From: an uncultured Candidatus Babeliaceae bacterium
GTDB lineage: Bacteria; Babelota; Babeliae; Babelales; Babelaceae
DNA length: 64,000 bases
Direction of reading: 5' to 3'
Assembly (NCBI GenBank): GCA_963704655.1
Contig: OY969927.1
Coordinates: 448,001 to 512,000, forward strand
The notes below the pieces were generated by a model. The model was not told where the DNA came from. It worked only from the letters and a program-made list of their open reading frames with translations, and made no database searches. The position numbers were made by a program, and so were the translations under genes. Shown piece after piece: positions 9,121 to 19,164 of the stretch; position 1 is the first letter of the stretch, and each line of letters begins with the position of its first letter.

Positions 9121-10077
9121 TTAACGTAAGGTGATAATATTTTTTTCAGGATAACGTGCACTAAGCTGTGTCAGCAATGCTTCATCAGCAAAGGGCACAA
9201 TAATAGTTTCGCATGCAGCGTAGCGTTCAATAAGCTGTACACGGTCCTGATATAAAAATGGCTGTTCAATAATAAAATCTTTTATCTGCAGGGCAGTAAC
9301 AAGATCTTCTGACTTATGCGGCGAAAAGCAGACAGTTTCTGCATCTTTAAACTCTACTTTTTCTAAATATTGTTTAAAGGTTAACGTACTTTCTGGTGCT
9401 AAATCTGCATACAAACCACCTTCAAGAGAAAGTTCTACGATCAAGCAATTACCATGTAATTTGAGCAGCTCTTCTTCGCAAAATTCAACTACAGAACGAA
9501 CGCCAGAAACGACAAAGCTATCGTCACTAAGTTTTTCGCTGAGCATAACTTGATGAACATCTAGTGATGATAAAACTTTTTTGAGTTCTTTAAGCGTGAC
9601 GCCTGAAACGGAAATCTTTTTAAAATTCTTTTCTTGTAACAGTTCATAATAAGCCGTTGCCCATTTTGAAACTAAATATAAGCCATCGGCAAAGGTATAC
9701 GCACGTGCGCCATAAAGAGCACCATAGGCACCAAGGCCACAACCACCAACATGCTTAATGGTGATATTTTTTGAACGGATATATTCAACCGCTGATGCTT
9801 GGAGTAAAAACAAAAGCGCATAGGCGTCTGGCATAGAGCGCAATTCAGATTCAGAAGCATTAAATAAAAGACGCGTAACATTTAAACCCGTTATGTGTGC
9901 CGCCTGCTCAAAATATTCTTGCACAACTCGTTCACGATCATATAACTCTTTTGAAGCGCCAGAACGAAGCGATTCATAATCTGGAAATAACAGTGCAGCC
10001 TCTTGGATATTTTCCAACGCTGTTTCACCCATTTCAGTTTCTAATACTTTTACGTCGGTTTCCATGAAAAGCTCCAC
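9121..10077 (-). CDS. FabD-like (malonyl-CoA:ACP transacylase fold) protein with degenerate active site
   Basis: LLFP N-terminal strand; GGCGLGAYGAL aligns to GHSLGEY.AL; VVSG motif; adjacent to acpP. Confidence 0.7.
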   Translation of the reverse strand: MELFMETDVKVLETEMGETALENIQEAALLFPDYESLRSGASKELYDRERVVQEYFEQAAHITGLNVTRLLFNASESELRSMPDAYALLFLLQASAVEYIRSKNITIKHVGGCGLGAYGALYGARAYTFADGLYLVSKWATAYYELLQEKNFKKISVSGVTLKELKKVLSSLDVHQVMLSEKLSDDSFVVSGVRSVVEFCEEELLKLHGNCLIVELSLEGGLYADLAPESTLTFKQYLEKVEFKDAETVCFSPHKSEDLVTALQIKDFIIEQPFLYQDRVQLIERYAACETIIVPFADEALLTQLSARYPEKNIITLR

Positions 10078-10078
10078 G

Positions 10079-11491
10079 TTATAGTGAATAATAGTTTCTT
10101 AATCGAGAAATTGTTTCTTCTTTTCCCAATGCAGCCATAAGGTCATAAATACCTGGAGCATCTTTTTTTCCCGTGAGGGCAACACGAATCAACGGTCCTA
10201 AAGCCCCAAGTTTAATCTCTTGCGTATGACAAAATTCTTTTATTACATGAGAAAGTGTTTCGTGAGTAAATTCAGTACCACTCAAAACAGTTATGAGCGA
10301 ATCTAAAAGTTTTTTTTGCTCATACATTAATTCAGAAATTTCATACTCTGTTGGCTGTTTATACAACAACAGAAGCTCACCATACAGATCTAATAAGTTT
10401 ACACAACGCTGTTTATACAGATCAAGTAAACTTATAATCGTACTATAACTCCATTTTACAAACTGCGTACCAATACGCAAACCCATAACCTGTTTTATAT
10501 AATCAAATAAAGCCGCTGAACTAGCTGCTTTTAGATGCATGCTATTTACCCAGTCTAACTTTTGACTATCAAAAAGCGCTCCTTTTGATGAAATAGCATC
10601 AAGGGTAAACGCTTCGATCATTTGCTGCAAGGTAAAGATCTCCTGATCCCCATGTGACCAACCAAGACGCACTAAATAGTTACATAATGCTTGTGGCAAG
10701 TAACCACGGGCCATATAATCAAATGCGTTAGCTGCAGCATCTCTTTTGCTCATTTTGGTGCCGTCTGGCCCTAAAATAAGGGGTAAATGGCCAAATGTTG
10801 GAACGGTGTATCCGCATGCTTGGTAGAGTAATATCTGTTTAGGGGTATTTATCAGATGCTCTTCACCACGAATAATATGCGTTATACGCATAAAGGCGTC
10901 ATCAATAACTACCACAAAATTATACATGGGTGTGCCATCTGAACGAACTAAAATAAAATCATCAAATGTATCTGATGCAAAGGTAATTTTCCCCTTTATG
11001 GCATCATCAACTACAACTTCTGTGCAACTTTCTGGAACCGCAAAGCGAATAACATACGTTTTTTCTTGATTACGTGCTTGACCAATAAACTTCTTACAAA
11101 AGCCGTCATATTTTGCATAGGCAACACCATCGACCGTTGTTTGACCAACACGGTTTTGCAGTTCCTGGGGTGTGCAGTAACAATAATAAGCTTTAAACTC
11201 TTTAACAAGCTGTTCTGCAACACGAATATGTTCTTCTTGACGTTCTGATTGTATTACAGGTGGCTCATCGGGCGTTAATGAACACCAATTAATCGTGTTC
11301 ATAATCGCATCGGTGTACTGCTGTTGCGAACGCTCTTTATCAGTATCTTCTATGCGTAACAAAAACTTACCGTTATTATGTCGAGCAAAAAGAAAATTAA
11401 AAAGCGCCGTACGCAAGCCACCAATGTGTAACATGCCTGTTGGCGAAGGTGCAAATCTGACGCGCACGTCTGACACACGAACTTGTTGCAT
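10079..11491 (-). CDS. gltX: Glutamate--tRNA ligase
   Basis: RFAPSPTG.LHIGG, LRIEDTD, KMSKR motifs. Confidence 0.97.
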   Translation of the reverse strand: MQQVRVSDVRVRFAPSPTGMLHIGGLRTALFNFLFARHNNGKFLLRIEDTDKERSQQQYTDAIMNTINWCSLTPDEPPVIQSERQEEHIRVAEQLVKEFKAYYCYCTPQELQNRVGQTTVDGVAYAKYDGFCKKFIGQARNQEKTYVIRFAVPESCTEVVVDDAIKGKITFASDTFDDFILVRSDGTPMYNFVVVIDDAFMRITHIIRGEEHLINTPKQILLYQACGYTVPTFGHLPLILGPDGTKMSKRDAAANAFDYMARGYLPQALCNYLVRLGWSHGDQEIFTLQQMIEAFTLDAISSKGALFDSQKLDWVNSMHLKAASSAALFDYIKQVMGLRIGTQFVKWSYSTIISLLDLYKQRCVNLLDLYGELLLLYKQPTEYEISELMYEQKKLLDSLITVLSGTEFTHETLSHVIKEFCHTQEIKLGALGPLIRVALTGKKDAPGIYDLMAALGKEETISRLRNYYSL

Positions 11492-11504
11492 GAGTAAAAC
11501 TTTC

Positions 11505-12140
11505 TTAAGCAGTATAATTTAAAAGACTTTGTGCACGCATGCCCCACATAGAAAGTGGATTTTTTTGTGCATCAAATAATCTACCCCATGCTGTCTGTAC
11601 ACCTTGGCTGTCATTACCTAATAGTGCCTGGTAGCCCATATAGAACCATGCCATATCATGTACGGGGTTTTTACTATCAAGTGCTAATTTTTCTAATGAT
11701 TGACGACCTTTAGTTTGAATCGAAGGGTCCGCAGCATCAAGTTGCATAAGAGCAAGCTTTGTAGCATAGGTATAATACAATACCGGATCAACCGATGACA
11801 TCATGCCCACTGCTTGTGTCATACTACTTAAGGCTTCTTGTTTATTACCTTGAGTTTCTTGGAGTTCTGCTTGTAACGCAAGAAAAAAACCTGCATACGC
11901 GCTATTTTTATACTCTTGGTAACCACGAGCGACAGAATCGATTAACTCTTGGCTTGGAGCTTTATTATCTGCAGATAATTTTTCATACTCAACATACCGT
12001 TGCATAAAAACATCATACGCCTTGGCAGAAAGTGTCCCTTTATAATAGGTAAAACCTACATATGCAAGGCCAAAAACTGCAGCCGCAAAAACTAATGCCA
12101 CTATAACTGTTACTATATTTTTTTCTACTCTCAATTCCAT
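11505..12140 (-). CDS. YfgM-like membrane-anchored helical-repeat protein
   Basis: N-terminal TM followed by TPR-like helices (YKNSAYAGFFLALQA). Confidence 0.55.
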   Translation of the reverse strand: MELRVEKNIVTVIVALVFAAAVFGLAYVGFTYYKGTLSAKAYDVFMQRYVEYEKLSADNKAPSQELIDSVARGYQEYKNSAYAGFFLALQAELQETQGNKQEALSSMTQAVGMMSSVDPVLYYTYATKLALMQLDAADPSIQTKGRQSLEKLALDSKNPVHDMAWFYMGYQALLGNDSQGVQTAWGRLFDAQKNPLSMWGMRAQSLLNYTA

Positions 12141-12161
12141 ACTCTATATCCTTATATAAAA

Positions 12162-12212
12162 AACGAGTTCTTAACACTCGCTGATGATGTGTAAGAACTC
12201 GTTGTCATTTTT
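12162..12212. terminator. Hairpin / probable terminator after rpmF
   Basis: AACGAGTTCTTA...TAAGAACTCGTT inverted repeat flanked by A/T tracts. Confidence 0.55.
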
Positions 12213-12227
12213 TTAATACTTTTTTAA

Positions 12228-12518
12228 TTACTCGTGCGCAGAATGATCATGTCCATCTTCATGGGTATGCTCTTCTTTATTCTTTGCAGCAGCTTTTTGT
12301 GCCGCAGCTGTACGAACTTGGTCGCGTTGAACGCCACGGTCATTTTTGGTAGTTAAAACTTTTCTACCTTTATAGTAGCCACATTCTGTGCATACTTGGT
12401 GCGGAAGATTTGGCTCATTACATTGTTTACAACTGGTAATTGCTTGTGGACGAATAAATTTGGTCGACTGGCGTTGATCGCGGCGTCTCTTACTCGTCTT
12501 ACGCTTTGGTACTGGCAT
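12228..12518 (-). CDS. rpmF: 50S ribosomal protein L32 with His-rich C-terminal extension
   Basis: MPVPKRKTSKRRRDQR, CxxC...HQVCxxCGYYKGR. Confidence 0.95.
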   Translation of the reverse strand: MPVPKRKTSKRRRDQRQSTKFIRPQAITSCKQCNEPNLPHQVCTECGYYKGRKVLTTKNDRGVQRDQVRTAAAQKAAAKNKEEHTHEDGHDHSAHE

Positions 12519-12659
12519 GTGAAGCTCCGTAGTAGGTAACTAATTTAAAACTTAAATTTTCTATTTAATCGACCCAAAAAGGTCTCATATAGTAGCTAGT
12601 TTACAAAAAAATTGGGACTTTGGCAAAAAAATATCTTTATTGTGGGCAAAACTTGCAAA

Positions 12660-13274
12660 CTAAGCAATCGCCTGGTTGTAACCAGCAAAGCCACTTTGCG
12701 CTGCGTTAAGCGCGCTTAGGACGCGCATTTCAGAAATATTTTTTTCAAGTTTTGCAATAAGCTGGTTGCGCTCATCTTCTGTAATTTCTAATCCCTGAGC
12801 TTTTATCAAATCGTTCTCAAGCTTTTGCGCATTTTCATGCAGCTCATCAACATCGCGCAAAAATTGTCTTTCAAGCTCGTTTTTTGTATTTATTATCTCA
12901 CGCTCTGCACGTGTTATTTCTTTTCCTTTTTGTATAAGCAATGCACGATCTCTATTACAAGTTGAAAGAGTACGGAACAAATGACCATAGTGTCCATAGC
13001 CTTCAAAAAAATCCGCACGAGTAAAACGTATCCAACATTCATAGTCTTCAAGCGGAATATCGTATGAAGCCAAAATAGCATCCTCATAGGACTGCTGATC
13101 CTCTATCATTTTTGACTTCAAGACACGCAATGCTTGCTCAGTTTTTTGGCGCACAGAAATCTCTATCTGCATCCTCTTTATAAACTTTTCTGATAGAAAT
13201 TCTGACAAAGCAAATGCCTTCGGCATATGGCTTGTTGCAAAAATCGCCAAAGCTATTTTAAATATATTTTTCAT
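12660..13274 (-). CDS. Hypothetical secreted coiled-coil protein
   Basis: Signal peptide; resembles 13398-13757 (AIL.SY.I, DRA.L). Confidence 0.65.
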   Translation of the reverse strand: MKNIFKIALAIFATSHMPKAFALSEFLSEKFIKRMQIEISVRQKTEQALRVLKSKMIEDQQSYEDAILASYDIPLEDYECWIRFTRADFFEGYGHYGHLFRTLSTCNRDRALLIQKGKEITRAEREIINTKNELERQFLRDVDELHENAQKLENDLIKAQGLEITEDERNQLIAKLEKNISEMRVLSALNAAQSGFAGYNQAIA

Positions 13275-13309
13275 AAATATGCCCCTAGAATTGAATATTT
13301 TCTATACCT

Positions 13310-13381
13310 TTATTTGACTGAGAGCCGCTGGCCGAGCATATTTTGTTCAAGTTTGCCCTCTATTTGTAGCTGCCAGAGGCG
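13310..13381 (-). repeat. Displaced duplicate of the dprA 3' end
   Basis: 13329-13381 matches 13845-13897 with 5 mismatches; reads RLWQLQIEGKLEQNMLGQRLSVK*. Confidence 0.9.
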
Positions 13382-13397
13382 GCTTTATAAGATGCGA

Positions 13398-13757
13398 TTA
13401 ATGATAACAACGAATCATTGCCTCTTTTTTAATTTTTTCATAAAATTCTTCATCTAACGCGTCCCGAGTTTGTTTAAGCTCAAGAGCCGCTCGATCGAAA
13501 TTGCCCGTTAATCCAAGAATTCTTGCAAATAAAGAATTTTCATTATTCTCATAGTAATCATAAAAAGAGGCTGAAATTCCGTAAGAGCCTAAAATCGCCT
13601 TTTTAAAATAACTATAATTCGCTTCGTGTTCAATTTGCAGTATCTTAACAACTCGATCATCAAAAATAGGACCAGCTGCTTCCATTTCTTGTGCGTAAGA
13701 GATTTTTGTAGCGATACACATTAAAATTACGATAAGTTTTTTCATAGATAACATCAT
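13398..13757 (-). CDS. Hypothetical secreted protein (possibly truncated paralog of 12660-13274)
   Basis: MKKLIVILMC signal; shared motifs with the neighbour. Confidence 0.6.
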   Translation of the reverse strand: MMLSMKKLIVILMCIATKISYAQEMEAAGPIFDDRVVKILQIEHEANYSYFKKAILGSYGISASFYDYYENNENSLFARILGLTGNFDRAALELKQTRDALDEEFYEKIKKEAMIRCYH

Positions 13758-13828
13758 ACCTTTGGTAAATATATGTAATATTATGCTTTAATTTTATGGT
13801 TATTCATCAATATTGTCTAGTTTCAATA

Positions 13829-15001
13829 CTAGATCGTGTTCCATTGGCCAAGCACATTTTGTTCAAGTTTGCCCTCAATTTGCAGCTGCCAGAGTCGCTC
13901 TTGAAGAGCATCATAGCTGAAACCTGCTTGCAGAAGCAAATCGTCGGTGCTTTTTGGGGTTATGCAGAGGGATAGAAGTGGATCAGTAGGTAATTCTTTT
14001 GCTTTCGGCGCGTAACCCTTCGACAGGCTCAGGATGAGCGGCGCCGCGGTTTCTGACTTTACTGGTGCACGGGATGTTTTTTGTATTACAGGAGCAGCTG
14101 GTAACGTTTTCGCTTGATGGCCAATCAGCTCAAAGATATCTTGGGATTTGGTAATTGGTCGTGCGCCGTGGACAAGAAGTTCATGGCACCCAGCGCTGAG
14201 TTCATTAAAGATTGAACCCGGAACCACGCCAACATCGCGCCCTTCATCAAGAGCATTACGTGCGGTTAATAACGCGCCGCTTTTAACCGCAGCTTGAATA
14301 ACAATGGTTGCAGAAGAAAGACCCGCTATAATGCGGTTCCGTGCGGGAAAATTGTGCGGCAATGGCTCAAAGTTTAAGGGAAATGAGCTCATAACAAGCC
14401 CGCCTGAATAGATTATCTCTTCAAATAGATTTTTATGTGCCCATGGATATAGCTTTAATAACCCAGAACCTAAAATCGCAACCGTTTTACCGCCTGCTTT
14501 AAGCGTTTCTCGATGTACCATGCCATCGATGCCAAGCGCCCCACCACTAATAGTAGTAAAACCCTCTTTTACAATATCAGGAATAAGCATTTGAGTAACC
14601 TGAGCACCATAATTATCTGCTTTTCGAGAACCAACAAATGCTAATGCTGGCGAAAGTTGTGCAAGTGAACCGCCCTGATAATACAGCACTGCAGGGGGTG
14701 TGTGAATATGGCGTAAAAGTTGTGGGTATTCTGGATCGAGTATCGTAACAACAGAAATCTTATGCTTTTCAATAAGCGTAAGCTCTTTATCAAGAAGTGC
14801 TTTATCTGCAAGCCCAGAAACAACTTTCTCACAAGTTGCCATGGGCAATTTGGCACGATTGCATAATTCATGTGCGTTAAGTATATAAAGCTCATGCAGA
14901 TTTCCAGCAAAAACTTGACTGAGCGTGGCGCAGGCTTGTGAGCCTACGCCATCGATTAATGACATATGTAATATAGTATGTGATGCAGAAACCTGATGCA
15001 T
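13829..15001 (-). CDS. dprA: DNA-processing protein DprA
   Basis: AFVGSR, ISGGALGIDG, FPARNRIIAGLS, KSGALLTA motifs; C-terminal winged-helix-like segment. Confidence 0.95.
   Translation of the reverse strand: MHQVSASHTILHMSLIDGVGSQACATLSQVFAGNLHELYILNAHELCNRAKLPMATCEKVVSGLADKALLDKELTLIEKHKISVVTILDPEYPQLLRHIHTPPAVLYYQGGSLAQLSPALAFVGSRKADNYGAQVTQMLIPDIVKEGFTTISGGALGIDGMVHRETLKAGGKTVAILGSGLLKLYPWAHKNLFEEIIYSGGLVMSSFPLNFEPLPHNFPARNRIIAGLSSATIVIQAAVKSGALLTARNALDEGRDVGVVPGSIFNELSAGCHELLVHGARPITKSQDIFELIGHQAKTLPAAPVIQKTSRAPVKSETAAPLILSLSKGYAPKAKELPTDPLLSLCITPKSTDDLLLQAGFSYDALQERLWQLQIEGKLEQNVLGQWNTI
14014..14041. repeat. REP-like palindrome inside the dprA coding sequence
   Basis: AACCCTTCGACAGGCTCAGGATGAGCG is the exact reverse complement of the arm core at 40260-40286; translated as PLILSLSKG. 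Confidence 0.9.
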
Positions 15002-15019
15002 GATACTTTTTATTCTCTA

Positions 15020-17598
15020 TTATTCTTCTGATTCTTCGTGTGAATTTTCTACAGTATCCACTTCATGCGCTGTTTCTTGTTCAGATTCATGCCCAAGTTC
15101 GGATTCAACGTATGGCTCAATGGTTGGTACGCCGGCTTGACCGGTTTGTTCCATCACAACATCAATTGCAGCTAAACCAGCAAGTTTTTGGCCCTTATCA
15201 AGACGAATCAGACGGACACCTTTTGCTTGACGCCCCATAGTGCGCACTTCTTTTGATGAAAGGCGAATAATTTTACCCGCATTATCTATCAGCAATACAT
15301 CGCTAATATCTGAAACAACAGTAAGCCCAATAACCAGACCGTTACGTGGATCTGTCGGTATAGTACGTACACCTTGACCACCACGGTGTGCAACCCTGAA
15401 GTCGCCTACACGCACACGTTTACCGTAACCCATGGACGTTGCAAAAAGAATATCTTTATCATCTGAAACAACTTCCATGCCCACAACTTTGTCTTCGCCA
15501 ACCAAGCGTATACCAATAACACCGGCAGCTTGACGACCCATAGCACGAACTTCTTGTTCTTTAAAACGAATTCCTTGGCCATGTGCCGTTGCAAGAACGA
15601 TAGAATCGTTTCCTGAACTGACCGCGCAGAATGAAAGATGATCACCCTCATTAAGCGTAATTGCACGAATACCGGTACTTCTAATTTTTGTAAACTCAGA
15701 ACCTTCAGTACGTTTTATGATACCTTGTTGAGTTACCATGACGATATAATTTTCTTCTAGATCACGGGCACATAAAAGTTTAACGACATGCTCACCTTCT
15801 GTGAGAGGCAATAAATTAACAATTGCGCGGCCTTTTGCCATACGTGAAGCTTCAGGAACTTCAAAGACCTGCATGCTATAAATTCTACCCAAGTTGGTGA
15901 AAAATAATAACATCATCATGATTTTTTGCAGCAAAGATATCTTCAACAATATCATCTGAATCATCAAGATCGGCCATGCCCATTTTACCTTTACCACCAC
16001 GATGCTGCACATTATATAAGGTAACAGGAACACGCTTGATGTAACCTTTACGCGTTAAGGTAACGACAACATCTTCATCAGGAATTAAATCTGCTTCGCT
16101 TAAAACATCAACAGCGCCTTCAATGCGGGTGCGTCGTTTATCTGCATACGTGCCTTTAAGCTCATTAAGCTCTTTAATAATCTCTTGCTTAAGTGATTCA
16201 GCATTTTCAATAATTGCTTGTAAACGGGCGATTTCTTGTTTAATATCGGTCAATTTCTGCACGAATTTTATCTTGCTCAAGGCCGTTAAACGTTGCAAGC
16301 GCATTTCTAAAATCGCTTTGCCCTGCTCAAATGAAAGTGCAAAATTTTCATGTAATTTATCAAGTGCTTGGTCATAATTGTCAGATGCTTTAATTAACGC
16401 AATTACTTTATCGATATTATTGCAACGCAATAATAAAACCTGCTAAAATATGCTCACGCGCTTGTGCTTGTTTAAGATCATACAGTGAACGGCGATAAAT
16501 AATCTCTTCACGGTGATGCAAGAAACTCTCTAATTAATGCACGAAGAGAGAATATGCGTGGTTTGTTATCAAGTAGCCCAACATATAAATGGAAATTGAC
16601 GATTGCAAAGCCGTATATTTATATAACTGATTCAATATAACTTGTGGGACTTCACCACTGCGAATCTCAATAACCAAACGCATGCCGCGACGGTCAGACT
16701 CATCTTTAATATTGGTGATACCTTCAATAACTTTATTTTTTACTAAATCAGCAATTTTTATAACTAAATCTGCTTTATTAACTTGATACGGAAGTTCAGT
16801 AATTACTAAGCTTGAGCCCTTTTTGGTCTCTTCAATTTCAACAACACCACGTAATATTAAATTACCACGGCCAGTTGTATAAGCTTTTACAATTCCGGCT
16901 CTACCACAAATAATACCACCGGTTGGAAAATCTGGAGCAGGAATCTTTTTAAAAAGCTCGTCATCAGTAACATCTTGATTTTCTAAATATGCCAAGCATC
17001 CATCAACCACTTCACCAAGATTATGTGGCGGCACAGATGTTGCCATACCAACAGCAATACCCATTGTTCCGTTTACTAACAATGTTGGTAATTTGCTCGG
17101 TAAAATAGTTGGTTCAACGGTAGATTCATCAAAGTTTGGAACAAATGGAACGGTCTCTTTATCTAAATCTGCAAGAATTTCTTGGCTGATACGTTGCATC
17201 CGAACTTCGGTATAACGCATAGCCGCTGCAGCATCACCATCAACAGAGCCCCAGTTTCCTTGGCCGTCTAAAAATGGATACCGTTTTGAAAAGTCTTGAA
17301 CCATGCCGACCATGGTATTATACACAGCGCTGTCTCCGTGTGGGTGGTACTTACCAAGCACTTCACCGACAACACGCACCGATTTATGGTATGGTCTGTT
17401 ATAATGGAAACCAAGTTGATTCATGGTATATAAAACACGGCGATGAACCGGTTTAAGACCATCACGCACGTCAGGAATCGCACGGCTTACAATAACCGAC
17501 ATCGCATAATCGAGGAACGACTGCTGCAACTCATCTTCGATCAAGACCGGCTTAATACCCGATTTAAATACTTTTTCTTCTGACTGTCCTGATTCCAT
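15020..17598 (-). pseudogene. gyrA: DNA gyrase subunit A, broken by several indels (sequence error or pseudogene)
   Basis: [27 protein letters not shown], GyrA-box QHRGGKG and pinwheel repeats are spread over ORFs 16534-17598, 15885-16430 and 15020-16033. Confidence 0.85.
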
Positions 17599-17798
17599 AC
17601 TATGAACCTTCCGTTATACCAATTTCGCGGCATTTAGTTAATTTTTAGATTGTATCTAGTATATCTTAAAACAAGATAATACTAAAGAAATAGAACAAGG
17701 CCCAAGAGATCATGTATAGTTAAAAGCTCTGCTTTATAATTATAGAGTTGTGGTATAATAATTATTCAATTAATCAAACTTTAACAACATAAAATTTC

Positions 17799-18257
17799 AT
17801 GAAAAAAATTTTTTTTACACTTTTGGCCATTTCACTCTGCGCTACACAATTGTTACAAGCTTTTGAAGAGTCAGATGCGCAAGATCACACAATTAAACTA
17901 ACTGCAAATGGCAAAGTTTTTAACCCTCTTTATATTGCATGTATTATTAATAAAGATGGAAAACTTACCCCAGAAGATACGTGTCAGTACGATAGACAGC
18001 TCAATGAGAATTCATATTATTATTTCCATAAGCCCTTAGGTACAGAGTATCTTCTTATATCAACTTCAGAATTTACGTTGGAAGGTGACTTTAGCCTTGA
18101 AAAAATACGCTCAAATAAAAATCTTCTTATACATAAAATTATGAATAGCCAATTTACAGAATTCGAAGCAATAATCTCGATGCAAGAAGAAAATGGTCAA
18201 ATAAATCTTACACTCTATCCATTAACTATTCCTGCGCATAATCACCAAAACCGCTGA
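17799..18257 (+). CDS. Hypothetical secreted protein
   Basis: MKKIFFTLLAISLC signal peptide. Confidence 0.65.
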   Translation: MKKIFFTLLAISLCATQLLQAFEESDAQDHTIKLTANGKVFNPLYIACIINKDGKLTPEDTCQYDRQLNENSYYYFHKPLGTEYLLISTSEFTLEGDFSLEKIRSNKNLLIHKIMNSQFTEFEAIISMQEENGQINLTLYPLTIPAHNHQNR

Positions 18258-18845
18258 ACTGATAAGTGCGGCAAAAAAGCACCAGACCGATACAAAATAA
18301 ACCGTATAAAAAAGATATGCTATCAGGCACGAGCTGCCTATCAAGACACCCATGATTTTCATATATGGACGCGATGAAATGAAAAATGGCAAAATCGTTG
18401 CCGCGCAATATCCGCCTGCTAGAGCCACCCATAAAAACCCATAGGCAAACAATCCTCGCGCTGCGTCATATACTATATGGCAATCTTGTACATAAAAAGA
18501 CAGGTCAGAGCTTACTAAGCCAAATAGTAAACATACCGATACTCCCAAACCGATAATGGTTAAGGCATAGAGCCAACCCTTCCTGGCATTATCAGACTCG
18601 ACCATCAGGCATGAAAAAGGGATATAAAAGGGCCAAACTATAAATGCAAAAAAGAGAAAGGTCAGAGCGGCTATAGGCCACTTATAGACCCACACAAGCC
18701 CTTCAGCAAACTGCTGAATAGCAAAAAATACCGGTATAAGCGCCATGACAAACCATTTTCGGTCTTTTACCGACATTACACTCAATAACCCAATAACACC
18801 TAATACGCCACTGGCAATAAAACTTGCTGATGCTGAAAAACACAT
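18222..18845 (-). CDS. Multi-pass membrane protein (MCFSA.ASF / SVWCFFAA type, DUF6629-like)
   Basis: About 7 hydrophobic segments; QQFAEG.VW and SVWCFFAA motifs. Confidence 0.7.
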   Translation of the reverse strand: MCFSASASFIASGVLGVIGLLSVMSVKDRKWFVMALIPVFFAIQQFAEGLVWVYKWPIAALTFLFFAFIVWPFYIPFSCLMVESDNARKGWLYALTIIGLGVSVCLLFGLVSSDLSFYVQDCHIVYDAARGLFAYGFLWVALAGGYCAATILPFFISSRPYMKIMGVLIGSSCLIAYLFYTVYFVSVWCFFAALISSAVLVIMRRNS

Positions 18846-18863
18846 TTTTAACCCCTTTTTTTA

Positions 18864-19012
18864 ACCGCTTAATACTTCGACTAGCTCAGTATGAGCGGTT
18901 TTTTTGTGATTTTTACGTCCAAGTCGCTCATCCTGATACTTCGACTACCTCAGTACCAGGGGCCCGCCTGCCCGCCGAAGCTTTACGCGAAGGCTGGGTC
19001 GAAGGGTTGGCG
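18864..19012. repeat. Cluster of solo and nested REP-like palindromes
   Basis: TACTTCGACTAGCTCAGTATGAGCGG, then CGCTCATCCTGA[inserted units]GTCGAAGGGTT. Confidence 0.85.
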
Positions 19013-19100
19013 ACTATCTAAGATCTTTGTTTTAAATGTAAAAACTATTCTACTTACACCTTAATATAGTAATACTAATTAACTCAATACTCTGCCGAAA

Positions 19101-19128
19101 TTGACAATTTGCCATTATTGCCTATAAT
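19101..19128 (+). promoter_or_regulatory. Sigma70-type promoter
   Basis: TTGACA-16 nt-TATAAT upstream of 19165. Confidence 0.7.
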
Positions 19129-19164
19129 TAAAGATAACTTAACGTTCGTAAATCTGGAAAATAT

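Noticed and set aside
15885-16585. Programmed frameshifting, intein or split gene in gyrA
   Set aside because: There are too many breaks in both directions, no inserted sequence and no consistent slippery motif.
18824-19021. ORFs 18824-19021, 26454-26702 and 40755-40991
   Set aside because: They consist largely of palindromic repeat sequence or antisense overlap; no independent coding signal.
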